Shown here in pieces: positions 32,711-48,177 of a DNA stretch of 64,000 bases. The notes beneath the pieces were generated by a model. It was given only the letters and a program-made list of their open reading frames with translations. It had not been told where the DNA came from and did no database searches. Each line of letters starts with the position of its first letter. Position 1 is the stretch's first letter. Origin of the DNA: the human T2T-CHM13v2.0 reference genome, Homo sapiens. Where the stretch lies: assembly GCF_009914755.1 (NCBI RefSeq), contig NC_060935.1. One strand, 5' to 3'. Both the position numbers and the translations under genes were made by a program.

Positions 32711-33902
32711 TAAAAACTGACACAGATTCTGTCTGTAACCGCGCACTCTGGGATTTGCCTGTCCTTGTTCAGCATCCTGATGAGGCCAAGCTCACTATTA
32801 TTGCACTAAAAACAAGACCAACTCCAAAAGGATTTATGAGTAATACAGATGTTTATTAATGTCTTGGAGGGTAATGTATGAGGCGCTTGCGTTCCACAAA
32901 ACAGCAGAATTTATTGAACACTCCCCATTAACCACATCTAATTTTTCCGAGCCGTAATTCCTCAACAGCTATAATTTCTTCCTCAAACACCTGTGCCTCT
33001 CCCTGTAACAGTGTTGCTTCCAGTCTCCCTTCAGGGTCTTACTACCTCTGTCTTACTTGGCAATTTTGTACCTTCATTTTTCCTCTCATTTGAGTTCCCA
33101 GCACAGTTGTTAATTACTTTCTAAAAACTTATTTTTATTTAATCTACACTTCTGTTTTCTGCATGGGAAGCACTGTTTTAAAAATGGTACAAGTATTAAA
33201 GTAAAAATGATGGAAAATAAATGCCAACAAATATTAACTAAAAAGAAGTTGAGGTTGCTATATTAATATCCTGTATTAAGCAAAGATATAGCAAAGCTGT
33301 ACACATCTTCGCAAAATTCACCATGTACACAACCAGGCTTCTCACCTTTCTTTCAGTCCATGTGGGATCTTTCCCTACAAGATCTCACTACTTCCTAAGG
33401 CAACATTTTCCCATCCGTCTCTGGAGTTAGATAGTGTAGTAGAGAGATTTCAATTAGTAACTTAAGAAAGTGAGTGGAAATAGATTGAGAATGCGTGTTG
33501 AAAGATTACTGTTTATTAGGAAATTCATCAGTTGTCACAGTGGGGGAAAAATGTAGAAAGGCTACACATGTAGATAATCTACTATTTGGTGGTGGGGAGT
33601 CTATGATTTTCATTTTTAATTAATGAACTACAGGCAAACTAATCAGCTGAGAATGTATGTGTAGATAACATGTTTATTTTAAGGAAAGAATTGTGTCAAC
33701 ATGGAAATTCTGACCATGATTACCTAATTACATTAGGTAATTTGTCTGAGACAAAGCACAGAGAGAATGGATCTCATGTTGTCCTCTGTGATCCCTGAGA
33801 TTTGGTTTGGTACTCAACAATGGAATGTAGCAAAGCCACTGTTATTTCCTGATTAGTCTGTTTATCATAAAGGAATATGGTAATTGGAATAGCTTTGGGT
33901 AC

Positions 33903-33925
33903 TTTTTTTTTTTTTTTTTTTTTTT
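33903..33925. repeat. Poly(T)23 tract
   Basis: Read directly. Confidence 0.95.
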
Positions 33926-35659
33926 GTATTTCCCTTCTAAGTGCTGCTCCTCGGGTACTGAATATTCTATCCTAAATCCAGGAGACTTTTTCTTTCTCTA
34001 ATCTTGGTTCAGAATTTTCAATTATGGATAGTTCTAAGGGGACTGGGAAAGTTTTGACAGGAACACTCCTATTGGGATACATTTATCTCTGCTAAGGAAG
34101 CTGAATAATATAAAAAGTTTGTATCAAACTCTGCAGGAATATAGAAAATTTGGCTTTTGTTAATCTTTTATTTATTTTTCTATGTGTCTCTCTGGAAAGC
34201 TTATAATCTTGATATAAAAATTTAAATTAAAACATCAAAAAAATTTTGGACGATTTTTGAATAAGATGAATACTTCATTTGCTCACATGTCCTTGGCAAT
34301 CAGTCATTCCATACAATCCAATTTCTTCCTAAGCATACTTAAAAAACAACTTGAATTTCTGTCTATAAAGAGAATTTTTTATCAGATAAAACAGTGTGCA
34401 GCATTTTATGAACTCTCTCAATTTGTCTTGAAACCTTGGGAGAATTACTTAATACGTGGTAACAAATAACAAGATGAATTTGCTAAATATATATCTAACT
34501 TAGTCTTTTTCTTGATTTCCTATATGATTGCCTGTCATTGTAATTCAGAAATAAATTTCTGAAAGACATAAACTTTTGATAACTGGCATTGTAACTATGA
34601 ACACATCTTTCTTCATGAAAGAAAGGAATGTGAACTTTGAGTTGACTTTTGCAGTGGTGGCAAAGATATATTCACTTACGTTTATCTAACTTTTTTTAAT
34701 ATTCAGATTTCTTGAGAAACTACTTGACACTCAATTCTGCTGCTGCTATGCCTCTTCTTCCATTTAATAATCTCTAATTGGGCATGGGGCCTCACCATAC
34801 AACTCACAGAATTTTCTCTAAACTAGTCAGGTTACTTTTAATCAAAGGTGTCAGCATTGTCTCAGCCTTCATTATTCTGACCGCTCTGTAGTCCATGTAC
34901 AAAGCTGCAAATATTTTCTTTTCATCTTTCCTGGCAGTTTGTTCTCCCAAACTCTTTCATTTGTACCTTTCACTGTCTCTTCTCAATCTACCCCCAAATC
35001 AGTCATTCCATGTACTTATCCATTTATATGTCTGTCCACCCAGTGTGTCTTATTTGCACTTGGCCTTTGTTCCATGAAGAATTTAAGGAGGCTTATCTTC
35101 TTAAATGTAGGTGTTCTTTCAAAACTCCACTCCTCACCCCCATGATATTTTTAAATATTTTTTTCTTTAGTGAATACTTCTATCTCTGTTTTGAATTTAG
35201 AATATCCCACAAACTAACTTCTGCAGCTGACATTTGTGCTATTAATTACATTACCTTTCTCCTAGTCATCAAACATAAACATTTCTGGGTCAGTTAGACT
35301 CCTAATCTCATGATCACTTATGCCATAGGTTCTGCAAGCACTGTGGATTCTACATCTGCAATGTCATTCTTAGCCATTCCTTTCTTCCCACTTCTAATTC
35401 CAACACTCCTTTACCTGACACCCATATCAGTGGCTTTGAACTCCTTCTTTCTGTAGCTCACTTAAGATGAATAGTATTCCTATCCAAAACACACTGTCAA
35501 AAACATTGCCATATTCTAGATTGTAGCAAAGAAGTGAGGCCATAAGTATAATATCATAAAACTAATTGTAACGCCACTTATTGAATGCAAATTCACAAGA
35601 GTGACATGATTACACAAATTTAAACTACAATCTATTTGCCTAATTTGGTTTAAAATACA

Positions 35660-35860
35660 TTGGTCACAAACTTGAGTTTAATTTATTATCTACTTAATCT
35701 TAGACAACCGACTTTACCTGTTTATGTCTCAATAATGAACATGGGGATAATATTGGTACTTATCTGATAGGGTTCCTGTGAGGATGAAATACATGAATAC
35801 ATCCAAAGCACTTAGAAAAGTGCCTGTTATTTAACAAACTTTAGTAAAGGTTAGCTATTA
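35660..35860 (+). mobile_element. MIR remnant
   Basis: atggggataatattggtacttatctgatagggttcctgtgaggatgaaat...aaagcacttagaaaagtgcctg. Confidence 0.7.
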
Positions 35861-36501
35861 ACACAGTACTTATCCTATAATTCCCACAGCATTTTACTTG
35901 TGCATGTGTTGCGGGGGAGGTGCGGGGGTATTGCAGTCAGAAACTACTTTTCTAGATGATTGGTAATATTGTAGTTTTTGTCATTGCTGTTGTTGTTTAT
36001 TGTAAAAACGTAAACTCCCCTGTCAAGAATTGAGATTTTAATAGAGATAAAGGGGATGGATGGGCGGTAACATTGGGAGGAGCTTTATAGTCCATTACTT
36101 GCCTTCAATAGTTTTTCACTCCAAGCCTTCCTCACAGTTTTCTGACTCCATAATTTTTCTTTCTGTTCTGTCTTCATGAAGTACCCTCTTAACTCCTAGC
36201 TCTGTCTCCAAGAATGCAAATGATTTGCCAAAGATCATGAAGTTAGTTACTTACAATAAACTGGAATAAAGCCTACCATATAATAAGCATAGTTTAGATT
36301 TTATTCTAAAAGCTTTTCCTTATGCTTGTCCATATTGAAATTCATCTGCCACTTTCATAATACCACCCACACAGCCTTATGATATCTCCATGCAAATCGT
36401 ATTTACCAGCTTGACATTTCACTCACTACCCAGTAGAGCTCAGTATTACCTGAGATGTTGAGAATTTTATTCACCCTTTCTCATGTTAAGATACTTTACA
36501 A

Positions 36502-36862
<361 letters not shown>

Positions 36863-37206
36863 CTATGTCATTTTGCCAACACATAGCTTCCCGTATCTAA
36901 GGTATTTCGCTACCCATGAGAAAACATTATTCTCCCACAGATTGAAATTATATAAATCGAAATTATGGTCAAAGAATAATGTTTTGTTATGGCTAAAGTT
37001 TATAACTCACTAAAGACTAAGATAATCATTAGCATTATTTAGCAATAAACATTTTTAAATTATAATATTTAATTTTAAAAAAATTTATCAAAAGATTTTA
37101 AAAGTCTGCATAAATTATATCTAGCAGGCCAGCACTCAATAATGTGATCCCCAAACATTTGTATCAGGATAATTGACAATGCTTAAGAAAAAAAAACAAA
37201 AAAAAC

Positions 37207-37320
37207 GGGTGGGAGCGGTGGCTCACGCCTGTAATCCCAGCACTTTGGGAGGCTGAGGCAGGTGGATCATGAGGTCAGGAGATTGAGACCATCCTGGCTA
37301 ACACGGTGAAAACTTATCTC

Positions 37321-37356
<36 letters not shown>

Positions 37357-37539
37357 AGCCGGGCGTGGTGGCGGGTGCCTGTAGTCCCAGCTACTCAGGA
37401 GGCTGAGGCAGGAGAATGGCGTGAACCCGGGAGGCGGAGCTTGCCGTGAGCCGAGATTGCGCCACTGCACTCCAGCCTGGGCGACAGGGCGAGACTCTGT
37501 TTCAAAAAATAAGTAAATAAATAAATAAAAATAAAAAAA
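37207..37539 (+). mobile_element. AluY with the mid-linker expanded to A30, inside a MER5-like fossil (about 37125-37665)
   Basis: AluY diagnostics; A run at 37325-37354. Confidence 0.93.
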
Positions 37540-40461
37540 TGTAAAAATATTGGGTCATACTTCAGATCTGCCCAGAGTTTCTGGGGCAGTCCTAGAAAGC
37601 AGCCTTTTTTCACTCCAGAATTGTGTAAGGTGAATAAATCAGCAAGAAGCACTTTCTTTGGAAATACAAGGCGTGTCCCTGCGCCTCAACCTTACCAGGA
37701 TACAAGAGCAGCCCTCTCCCAGCTGAAAGTACTAGGAATAGTTAAATCCACATGCTCTCTCTTTCTAAAGTTGAGAAGCACTTCCATTTCCACTGAGTTG
37801 TCAGGTCTTCCCAGAACCACACCCAGCTAGCAGACTATGCAATGTCTCTTAGAGTGTTCAGTGACCTTGAAAAGCAGAGTCCTTCAGAAAATTTCCGAAG
37901 AGAATGAAATCTTGAACCTACTCTTTCCCTGGGAGGCCTGAGGAGAACCAGGGTTTTCAAATGCACCATCTGGACATACCTAGAGAGGGCCATCTTGTTT
38001 GTGGTATTTCCTCAGAGAGAGGATTGGAAGAGGATTGGAAGAACGAGACCAGTTATGATCTGTATACAAATTATCCTCACCCCATATATCTTAGGAATCT
38101 GCATTTTCCACAGTACTCCCAGATATTTCACATATATTCAGTATATTTTAATTGTGTGTACAGTAAAATGTACTGAGTGTTTCCGTACATTTCCATGGTG
38201 AGAACTAATCATTACTTGCGACATGTTTTTTTAAAAAGATACATATTTCTTTATATTTTGAAATCTCACTTTTATACTAGATAGGGTTGCCTAAAAAAAG
38301 GTGAATGAAAGGCGATAACAAAATCGTGTTGGAGGGAATCTCACTAAAAATACAGATTCCTGGTTCTCCCTTAGATATTCTGATGCAGTCAGTCTGAAGT
38401 GGAGAATGCAGGTAATTCTGACAAGCATCACTAGGAATTTTTATATTCAGTCAGATTATGAAACGTCTGACATTTTATCTCAATTAGTAACTGTGGCTCT
38501 CTGGGGATTTTCAGGTGGTCGCAGTATTTCTGCAGTTGGTCACTTGTCATGTATTTAATTCCTAGTTTTTGTGGGCCTTTAAGGTAATTATAGAAATTTA
38601 GATTAAAATGTTTATTTGGGAGGGGTATTCTCATAATTGAGCTGCCATAGGTGATAGTTGTTCTTTCCACTTTGCTTCGACAGTCTTTCTTTTGTTAATA
38701 AGAGAGCCTATTTTCCTATGGTTTTCAGTTTTCCTTATCATGCCTTGCATTGCCATTCTTAATATGCTCTACCTGATTTTTCTCTGAATATCCAGTAAGG
38801 TATTTAAAAATAACCTTAAGGCTTCCTGTGAATCATTTTAAATGATTTCCTTCCATTTTTTTCTCTCTGCACTAATTCTCACGTTTTGTCTCAGTTAATT
38901 TGTCTAAAATTGAGTAATGTATGGTGGATATTTTATTTCCATTATCCTGCAAGGATTCTGGATTTATTATTTTGTGATCATTTTTATTATCCAGTATTAA
39001 AAATCACGTACAGGATATTGAGGATTCTAAAACTACTTCTGGAAAGTAATTTGTAATATTTAGAAGTGTTTCTTCCAGAGTTCACTCCAATGAGATATTT
39101 TGCACATTTACCATAAAATAACAAGACATTTATTTCTTAACAAATGTACTGAGCCTCATATATTCAAATGAGTGTTGTGTCTTCAAAGTAGACATACTGA
39201 GAGGTAATTCAGTTATACCAATATAATCCTGCCATTATTCAAAATATTTTAAAACTCAGTGATTCATCTTGCTATTTTATAACGCTCATCTTTGGAGCTG
39301 TAGAGGAGAGATAGCAAGCTGCCTAAGTGGAAGGCTTGATAATGATTAACATTCTTCCTTTGCACCAGCCACTATGCTAAAAGCATTTCATACATTCTTT
39401 CATTTAGTCATCACAGCAAAACAGCATTTTGAGCTTATCTTTTTTTTCTAGGTAAAGAACCTGTGATTTAGACAGGCAGCAAGTCCTATTGCTCATGCTT
39501 GTCTGACTGCAAAGAGTACACGCCTAATCTTTATACTTTATTGCTCAGTTAACATCAGTTAAGGGACAGGCACAAGGTCATAGTTGGTGAGAGGTCTCGA
39601 GCTACAGATCTAACTCACGGTGATTGTTTTATCTACTGTATCATCCTGCCTCCCTTAGGATATCAGTGCTACATTGGGATATTGGATTAATTTCATCAAT
39701 ATTACCAGAAATCAAATTTAAAGGGTGTGGTTAGAGATGATCCTTACAGAAGTAATCAGTATTAGTTCCTGCCCAGTTTCATTGGAATAAATGTCATGAA
39801 GGATATTCTTCTCACTTCTGCAAGAAGGAAAGAATCCATCAAATTTATGAAACTAGGAAGAGTATATGGAGCAACCCACATAAGTAAAATTGGGGTTATG
39901 GTGATCTGTCGGAATGACAGAATTCATCTATAGGGAATGTAAGGTTGCCTGCTACATAGTGTGTTAATTATCTGTCAAATTATCTATCAAGAGAATGCAG
40001 AGACTAATTTTCTTAATAATTAGTAGAGTCTACTTAATATTATAGCATGCTTTTTTCTTTAAATGTAGGTTTTCCTTCACAGTGTCAGAGTGTTAAAAAT
40101 ATTGGTTATAAAGGAAAAAAAATATGCTGAATCCAGAATTTTAAAGAATATTTACATCATCCACTTGTTTAATAAATAAATGAAAGCCAACATAAATATT
40201 TTACTGTCATCCTAACATCATGGTGATCAAATAACTTGTAGTACAAATTTTACAGATGGGCAACTTGCAAATGATTCATATGTATAAATAGCTGCCCTTC
40301 CACAAGTCGGCCATTGCCGCAGGCCCTTCTGATTTTGCCTTTGTTTAAATAAAAGACATAGCCTCAAGAAGCTTTTAGAGAATTGGAAATTTAGAGGCAA
40401 AGGAGGAAAAGTTTTTTTTTTACAAAAAACATAAGAACAGTTTTGGCGCTTTAAGGTTTAA

Positions 40462-40652
40462 TGGGAGTCCACCCCTTGCAGCAGCATGCTCTGGATGTGA
40501 GACATGGAGTCATTGGAGATTATTTTGGAGCTTACGTTTTAATGACTGCCTGGCTCGTTTTCGGACTTGCATGAGGCCTGTAGCCCCTTGGTTTTGACCA
40601 ATTTCTCCCTTTTGGAAAGGGAGCATTTACCCAGTGCCTGTACCCATATTGT
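40462..40652 (+). mobile_element. Orphan MaLR-internal fragment, inverted copy of 41251-41442
   Basis: Manual alignment to the reverse complement of 41251-41442: about 24 differences in about 190 nt. Confidence 0.9.
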
Positions 40653-40710
40653 GAGCTCTAAGCTTAGAAATGGATTTTAAGGTAGTTTTGGCAAAATGCG
40701 GCAGACCCAT

Positions 40711-43047
40711 TGTATTAGCCCATTCTCACACTGCTATAAAGAAGTACCTGAGACAGGGTAATTTATAAAGAAAAGAGGTTTAATTGACTCACAGATCCAC
40801 GTGGCTGGGGATGCCTCGAAAAACTTACAGTTATGGCAGAAGGTGAAGGAAAAGTAAGGCATATCTTACGTGGCAGCAGGAGAGAGAGATCGCGAGTTGG
40901 GAAAAGCCACACCTTTGAAATATCAGATCTCATGAGAACTCTACCACCCCCCTGATCCAATCACCTCCCACTAGGCCCTACCTTCAACATATGGGGATTA
41001 CAATTTGAGATGAGATTTGGATGGGGACACAGAGCCAAACCATATCATTCTACCGCGGCCCCTCCCAAATCTCATGTCCTTCCACATTTCAAAACCAATC
41101 TTGCTTTCTTAACCCATCATGCTTTTCCCAAAGTCTTAACTTATTCCAGCATTACTCAAAAGTCCAATCCAAAGTCTCATCTGAGACAAGGCACGTCCTT
41201 TCCACCTAGGAGCCCGTGAAATAAAAAAACAAGTTAGTTACTTACAAGTTACAATGTGGGTATAGGCACTGGGTAAATGCTCCCATACCAAAAGGGAGAA
41301 ACTGGTCATAACCAAGGGGCTACAGGCCCCATGCAAGTCCATAAACCATCCAGAGAGTCATTAAATCTTAAAGCTCCAAAATAATCTCCATTGACTCCAC
41401 GTCTCACATCCAGGGAGTGCTGATGCAAGGGGTGGAGGCCCAAGGCCTTTGGCAACTCTGTCCCTTTGTCTCTGCAGGATACAGCCCTCTTGGCTGCTTT
41501 CACAGGCTGGCATTAAGTACTTGCAGCTTTTCTAAGCACATGGTGCAAACTGTTGGTGGATCTAGCATTCTGGGGTCTGGAGGATGATGGGCCTCATCTC
41601 AAAGCTCCACTGGGCAGCATCCCAGTGGGGACTCTTGAGTGGGGCCTCCAACCCTACATTTCCCCTTTGCATTGCCCAGTAGAGATGTTCTATGAGGTCT
41701 CCACCCCTGCGTCAGACATCTGCTTGGACTTCCAGGCATTTCTAAGCCTCCTCTGAAATCTAGGCAGAGGTTCACAAACCTCAGCTGTTGTATTCTGCAG
41801 ACCTACAGGCTCAATGCCACGTGGAAACCACCAAGGCTTGGGGCTTTCACTCTCTGAAGCAATGGCTTGAGCTGTATCTTAGCCCGTTTTAGCCATGGCT
41901 GGAGCTGGAACAGCTGGGATGCAGAGTGCCATGTCCCGAGGCTGCACAGTGCAACTGGCCACCAGGCATGGCCTGTGAAACTATTTTTCCTTCTTAGCCC
42001 TGTTATGGGACAGGCTGCTGCAAAGACCTCTAACATGCCCTGGAAACACTTTCCACATTGTCTTGGCTATTAACATATAGCTCCTACTTAAGCAAATTTC
42101 TGCAGCTGGCTTGAAGTTCTTCCCAGAAAATGGGTTTTTCTTTTTTATCTCATGGTCAGGCTACAAATTTTCCAAGCGTTTATTTTCTGCTTTCCTTTTA
42201 AACATAAGCTTGAATTTCAGACCATTTCTTTGTAAACTCATATGACTGGCCACTTTTAAAAACAGCCAGGTCACATCTTGAAAGCTTTGCTGCATAGAAA
42301 TTTCTTCCACCAGGTATTCTAAATAATTGCTCTCAAGTTCATAGTTCCACAGATATCTAGGTCAGAGGCAAAATACCACCAGTCTCCTTGCTAAAATATA
42401 GCATGAGTTACCTTTGCACCAGTTCTCAATAAGTTCCTCAACTCTATCTGAGAAACCTCAGCTTTGACTTTATTGTCCATATCACTATCAGCATTTTGGC
42501 CAAAACCATTCATCAAGTCTCCAGGAAGTTTTAAACTTTCTCACATCTTCCTGTCTTCTTTTGAGCCCTCCAAACTGTTCCAACATCTGCCCATTACTCA
42601 GTTCCAAAGTCACTTCCACGTTTTCAGGTGTCTTTACAGCAATATCTTACTCCTGGTAGCAATTTTTATATTAGTTCATTTTCACACCGCTATGAAGAGC
42701 TACCTGAGACTTGGTAATTTATAAATAAAAGAGGTTTAATTGACTGATGGTTCTGCATGGCTGAGAAGGCCTCAGGAAACTTACAATCATGGCAGAATGC
42801 AGACATACAAGAAGCAAGGCATGTCTTACATGGTGGCAGGGGAGAGAGAGAGTGAAGGTGGAAATGCCACACCTTTAAACCATCAAATCTTGTTAGAACT
42901 CTCATGAGACAGCACTAGGGGGATGGTGCTAAACCATGAGAAACCACCACCATGATCTAGTTACCTCTCATGAGGCCCCGCCTTCAACATATGGGGATTA
43001 TAATTCAACATAAGATTTAGGTGGGGGCACAGAGCAAAACCTTATCA
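40711..43047 (-). mobile_element. Complete THE1D/MSTA-type MaLR: LTR 40711-41047, internal 41048-42666, LTR 42667-43047
   Basis: Two tgtattag...atca LTRs and typical internal sequence. Polypurine tract next to the left LTR. 5-bp TSD CCCAT/CACAT. Confidence 0.92.
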
Positions 43048-43215
43048 CACATTGTCAAAGATCTCTTGCTCCCCATGACATAACAAATACACTAGTCAGG
43101 CTAAAATTCCACTAAATTGTTGTTTAGGTGAATAAGAATTATGTTATTAAAAATAAGGTTCAACAATGAGAATTTCAGTGCAGTAATTTCACTTTACTGT
43201 ATTTTGGTTGAATTA

Positions 43216-44017
43216 CAGTCATGTGCTGCATAGCAATGTTTCAGTCAGTGATGGACCACATATATGACAGTGGTCTCATGACATTATAATGGAACTGAGA
43301 ATTCCAGTCGCCTAGTGACTTTCAGTGTAACCTGTGTAGGCTAGGCTAATTTGTGTGTTGTGTCTTTATTTTTAACAAAAGAATTGCAAAAGATAATAAA
43401 AATTTTAAAGATAGAAAAAAGCTTATAGAATAAAGATCTAAAGAAAGAAAACATTTTTACAGCTGTACAATATGTTTGTCTTTTAAGCTGTGTCATAATG
43501 AAAGAGTCAAAAAGTTAAAAATAAGTTTATAAAGTAAAAATGTTACAGTAAACTAAGGTTCATTTATTATTAAAGAACAAAATATATTTGTGATTAACTT
43601 AATATATCTTAAGTGTGCCGTGTTTATAAAGTCAACAGTAATGTACAGTAGTGTCCTAGGCTTCACATCCGCTCACCACTCACTCACTGGCTCACCCAGA
43701 GCAACGTCTGGTCCTGCAAGTGCTATTTGTAGTAAATGCCCTGTACAGGTGTACCATTGTTATTTATATCATATTTTATCATACCTTTTTTATGTTTAGG
43801 CACAAAAATACTTACCATTGTATTACAATTGTCTACAGTATTCAGTAGAGTAACATGCTGTGCAGGTTTGCAGCCTAGGAACAATAGGGTATACCATATA
43901 GCCGAGGTATGAAGCAAGCTATATCATCTAGGTTTTTGTAAGTGCCCTCTGATGTTTTAACAGCAACGAAATTGCCTAATGTCGCATTAATCCTCATCAC
44001 TAAGTGACGCATGACTG
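43216..44017 (+). mobile_element. Tigger3/MER7-type TcMar DNA transposon fossil
   Basis: TA|CAGTCATGTG...CGCATGACTG terminal inverted repeats. Confidence 0.85.
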
Positions 44018-45077
44018 CTTATTTTATGACATTTAACATTGTACTGAGACAGCTTCCCAAAGAGGAAAGGAAGTTGGTTTATATGGGAAGAGAGGTAGGA
44101 TAGAATTGTGATGATCATCATCAGAGGGCTTTGGCATCATTTAAAGAAATCTATTTGTGTTTTTCTATAAGGTCAGGCAGAGAGCTTTTGAGGTAGGCTT
44201 AATTAGGTTGCTATCCCAGTTCTGCCCCGCTTTAACTATGTGACCCACTCTCTCTAAACTTTAGATTCTTGATTCACGTAACACTGTTTCTCTCTCCTTT
44301 TGAAATTGATGTAAAGATTAGAATAATTATAAGTGTAAAGAATCTGGCATGCACAGATTTTTGTTTCATTTCGTTTTCTTTTTTCTTTTGGTGCTGGGGA
44401 TTCAAGAATGGCATGCCCTTTGACTCTCGAAGAACTCATGATCTAGTAGAGGAGATAGACAAGTTAATGATCCTGTCAAAAGAAGTCATGCCACAATGTG
44501 TGAAGAGTAAAGAGGTATCATATTTCAGAGGTACAAATAGGACAGGAACTGAACTCCACAGGGCCCTTAGAAGCATTTGCACAGAGGAGTTGACATTTGA
44601 GTACAGCGCTGATGAAAGAAAAAGAGTTTGTGAATTGCCCCAATTCTGGGCTGGCATTGCAGACAGAGGGAAAAACATACAAAGGCACTGGGGAAGAAAA
44701 GTAAATGAAGAAGAAGTAGAACATCCCCAAACCAAAAAACAAACCCACCTTCATCTTTTATGTTTTTGTGTGAGGCAGGCTTCTATGAAGGATACATGTA
44801 TATGGAGGGGAGGTAGTTTACTTTTTCTTCTCTTCTTTACCATAAGATCCTTGCTCCTATGTCCTAGTACCCAAAATAACTATGTTAGTGGTATGAACTG
44901 AGTTCTTCATAGTACAAGCTCATAGTTCATAACTTAGTTGTTATGAACTAAGTTGTATTTTGTGTGTTAAATAGCAACCCAACCACTATTTACAATATTC
45001 TGTAGAAAAATGTCTTTGGATCCAAAGCACTGATATACTGCAGAATACATGGAATACAATTCATTCATTATTCATCA

Positions 45078-45285
45078 TTGTGGAGAAGAGCATGGACTCT
45101 GAAGCCGGACTTCCTGAATTCAAGTCCTGGCTCTGGCATTTAAGAGCCATGTGACTTTAGGTAACTTTTCAACTTCCATGAGTCAAACCAATTCAAAGGG
45201 TTATGAGGAGTAGAGTTGTTATAGCTAAAGGAGTTACAAGGGTACCTAACACATAGTAAACCCCATATAAGTATTGGGTATTATT
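45078..45285 (+). mobile_element. MIR
   Basis: aagagcatggactctgaagcc...ttcaagtcctggctctg...tgtgactttaggtaac...acctaacacatagtaa. Confidence 0.8.
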
Positions 45286-45436
45286 CATCATTAGTCTTGT
45301 AACAATGATTAGTGCATAACCTGAAAGGTAATGCTAGACCTCTAGCTGTCATTTTAGGTATTAATTTCTCTCTGGAACTTAAGAAAGTTTTTGAAAAGAT
45401 GACTTTAATGTAAGGGAGAAGTGGATTCCAGCCAAC

Positions 45437-45492
45437 AAAAATCAAATTACCAGCTATTTAAAAATCCAATTACCAGCTATATTTTAAAAATC
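45437..45492. repeat. About 23-bp tandem duplication (aaaaatc.aattaccagctat)
   Basis: aattaccagctat twice with aaaaatc flanks. Confidence 0.8.
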
Positions 45493-46280
45493 ATAATACA
45501 ACTAGAAGCAACAAGACTTCATAGATTATATGTGAATGTATAATGAAATTGCTTGCTTCCTCAAACCTTGATGTTACTAAACTTATTTAAGCCTGTGAAA
45601 CCAGCAAATTTGTTGAGCTGAGATAGGACAATTTGTACCTCAAGCAAATAGATTTCCAAAGACTTTTCAGGGTTAGATTCAATATTTGTGTAACCGGTGT
45701 ATTAGCAATGAATACTTACTGTGGGTACAGCCCTGCTTCTGAGATGCTTCTGAAAGCATTTGATCGCGCACAAACAGAACTAGGACGATTTGCAAAGGAG
45801 GGTCCCTTCCACTATAAATATTCTGATTACTTCTTTTTTGAAGAAGAAAAAGTACGTATTTTGCAGTCCATTAAATAGCAGTTCCCAGTTGCTGCTGCCT
45901 TTTAATATGAATATAGTCAATAATTTATTTGATGGTAAGATTCTTTTTGTTTTTTATTTCAGCTTAATACCTGATAATATGTTCAGCCTAAAAGGATAAT
46001 AAGGAAACTGATTAATTTAGTCCTCTTATTATATATTGCCAAGACAAAATTGATTCTTTTATGAAAGTGAAAACAAGTACTTTGTGATTTCTTCATCATC
46101 ATTAACAGGCTTAAGATAGAATTTCATTTTATCAATGTCAAAGAGCTAAAATACCTTTAATGATTGAAGTATAAACAGAAAAGCAATATATTAAAGGGTT
46201 AATCTATTTTAAAAGTAACTTTTTTTCATATACACATGAATACAACCATATATAATCAAAAATTGATAATTCAGTCTACC

Positions 46281-46318
46281 TGTATTAGTTAGGGTTTTAT
46301 AGAGAGAAAGAGCCAATA

Positions 46319-46371
<53 letters not shown>

Positions 46372-46888
46372 TATATGAAAGAGAATTGATTAGGGAAATT
46401 GATTCATGTGATGATGGAAGCTGAGAAGTCCCATGGCAAACCATCTGCAAGCTAAAGACCCTGGAATGCTCATAGTGTGGCTCGATCCAAGTCCAAAGGC
46501 CTCAGAACCCAGGAAGCTGATGGTGTAACTCCTGGTCTGAGACCACAGGCCTGATAACCCAGGGGGACCACTGGTGTAAGCCATGGAGTCCGAAGGCCAG
46601 GAGGCCTGGAGCTCTGGTGTCCAAAGGCAGTAGAGGAGAAGTGTATCTCATTTCCAGGAAATAGACACATGCCTTTCCTCTGTTATTGTTCTGTCTGAGT
46701 CCCAAGCCAATTGAATGGTGCCTGCCTACACTGAGGGTGGATCTTTCCCACCTAGTCCACTCAGATTCACATGCTAGTTTCATCTGGAAACACCCTCACA
46801 AACACACCCCAAAATAATGCTTTACCACGTTTCTTGGTATTGCTTAACGTATCCAGTCAAGTTGACACAATTAAAATTAACCATCACA
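46281..46888 (-). mobile_element. MLT2B-type ERVL solo LTR containing an (AT)n(AC)n microsatellite (46321-46372)
   Basis: tgtattagttagggtt...agccaatagg...gctgagaagtccc...aaaattaaccatcaca. Confidence 0.88.
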
Positions 46889-47139
46889 CTCTCCAAATGA
46901 TACTGAAATCTGAAAGTTCTTATGAGGAATTGGTGAAAATCCTAGAAGTTTTGTGATGTCTTCCTGGTCCTGAGTAATTATAAATTCTTTAATGTATTTG
47001 AGGATTGGTCATCATTCTATGCCATAAGTATAATCAATGCTTAAAACTAGCTCTTATCACTATGCTTGTAGCAGAGTAGAATTATCTATATGCAAATAAC
47101 TTACCATAATCAGAGCCCATATCAGCCAAAACTAAGTGT

Positions 47140-48177
<1,038 letters not shown>

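Noticed and set aside
32768-32800. CTGATGA (hammerhead core) overlapping TTCAGCA (RE1/REST half-site)
   Set aside because: No stem II followed by GAAA for a ribozyme, and no GGACAG half for RE1
33903-33925. Poly(T)23 as a tail-only retro-insertion
   Set aside because: No TSD or attached element visible
44269-44901. 210-aa ORF, the longest non-L1 frame
   Set aside because: Non-ATG start, overlies MIR/L2 remnants, no recognisable domain
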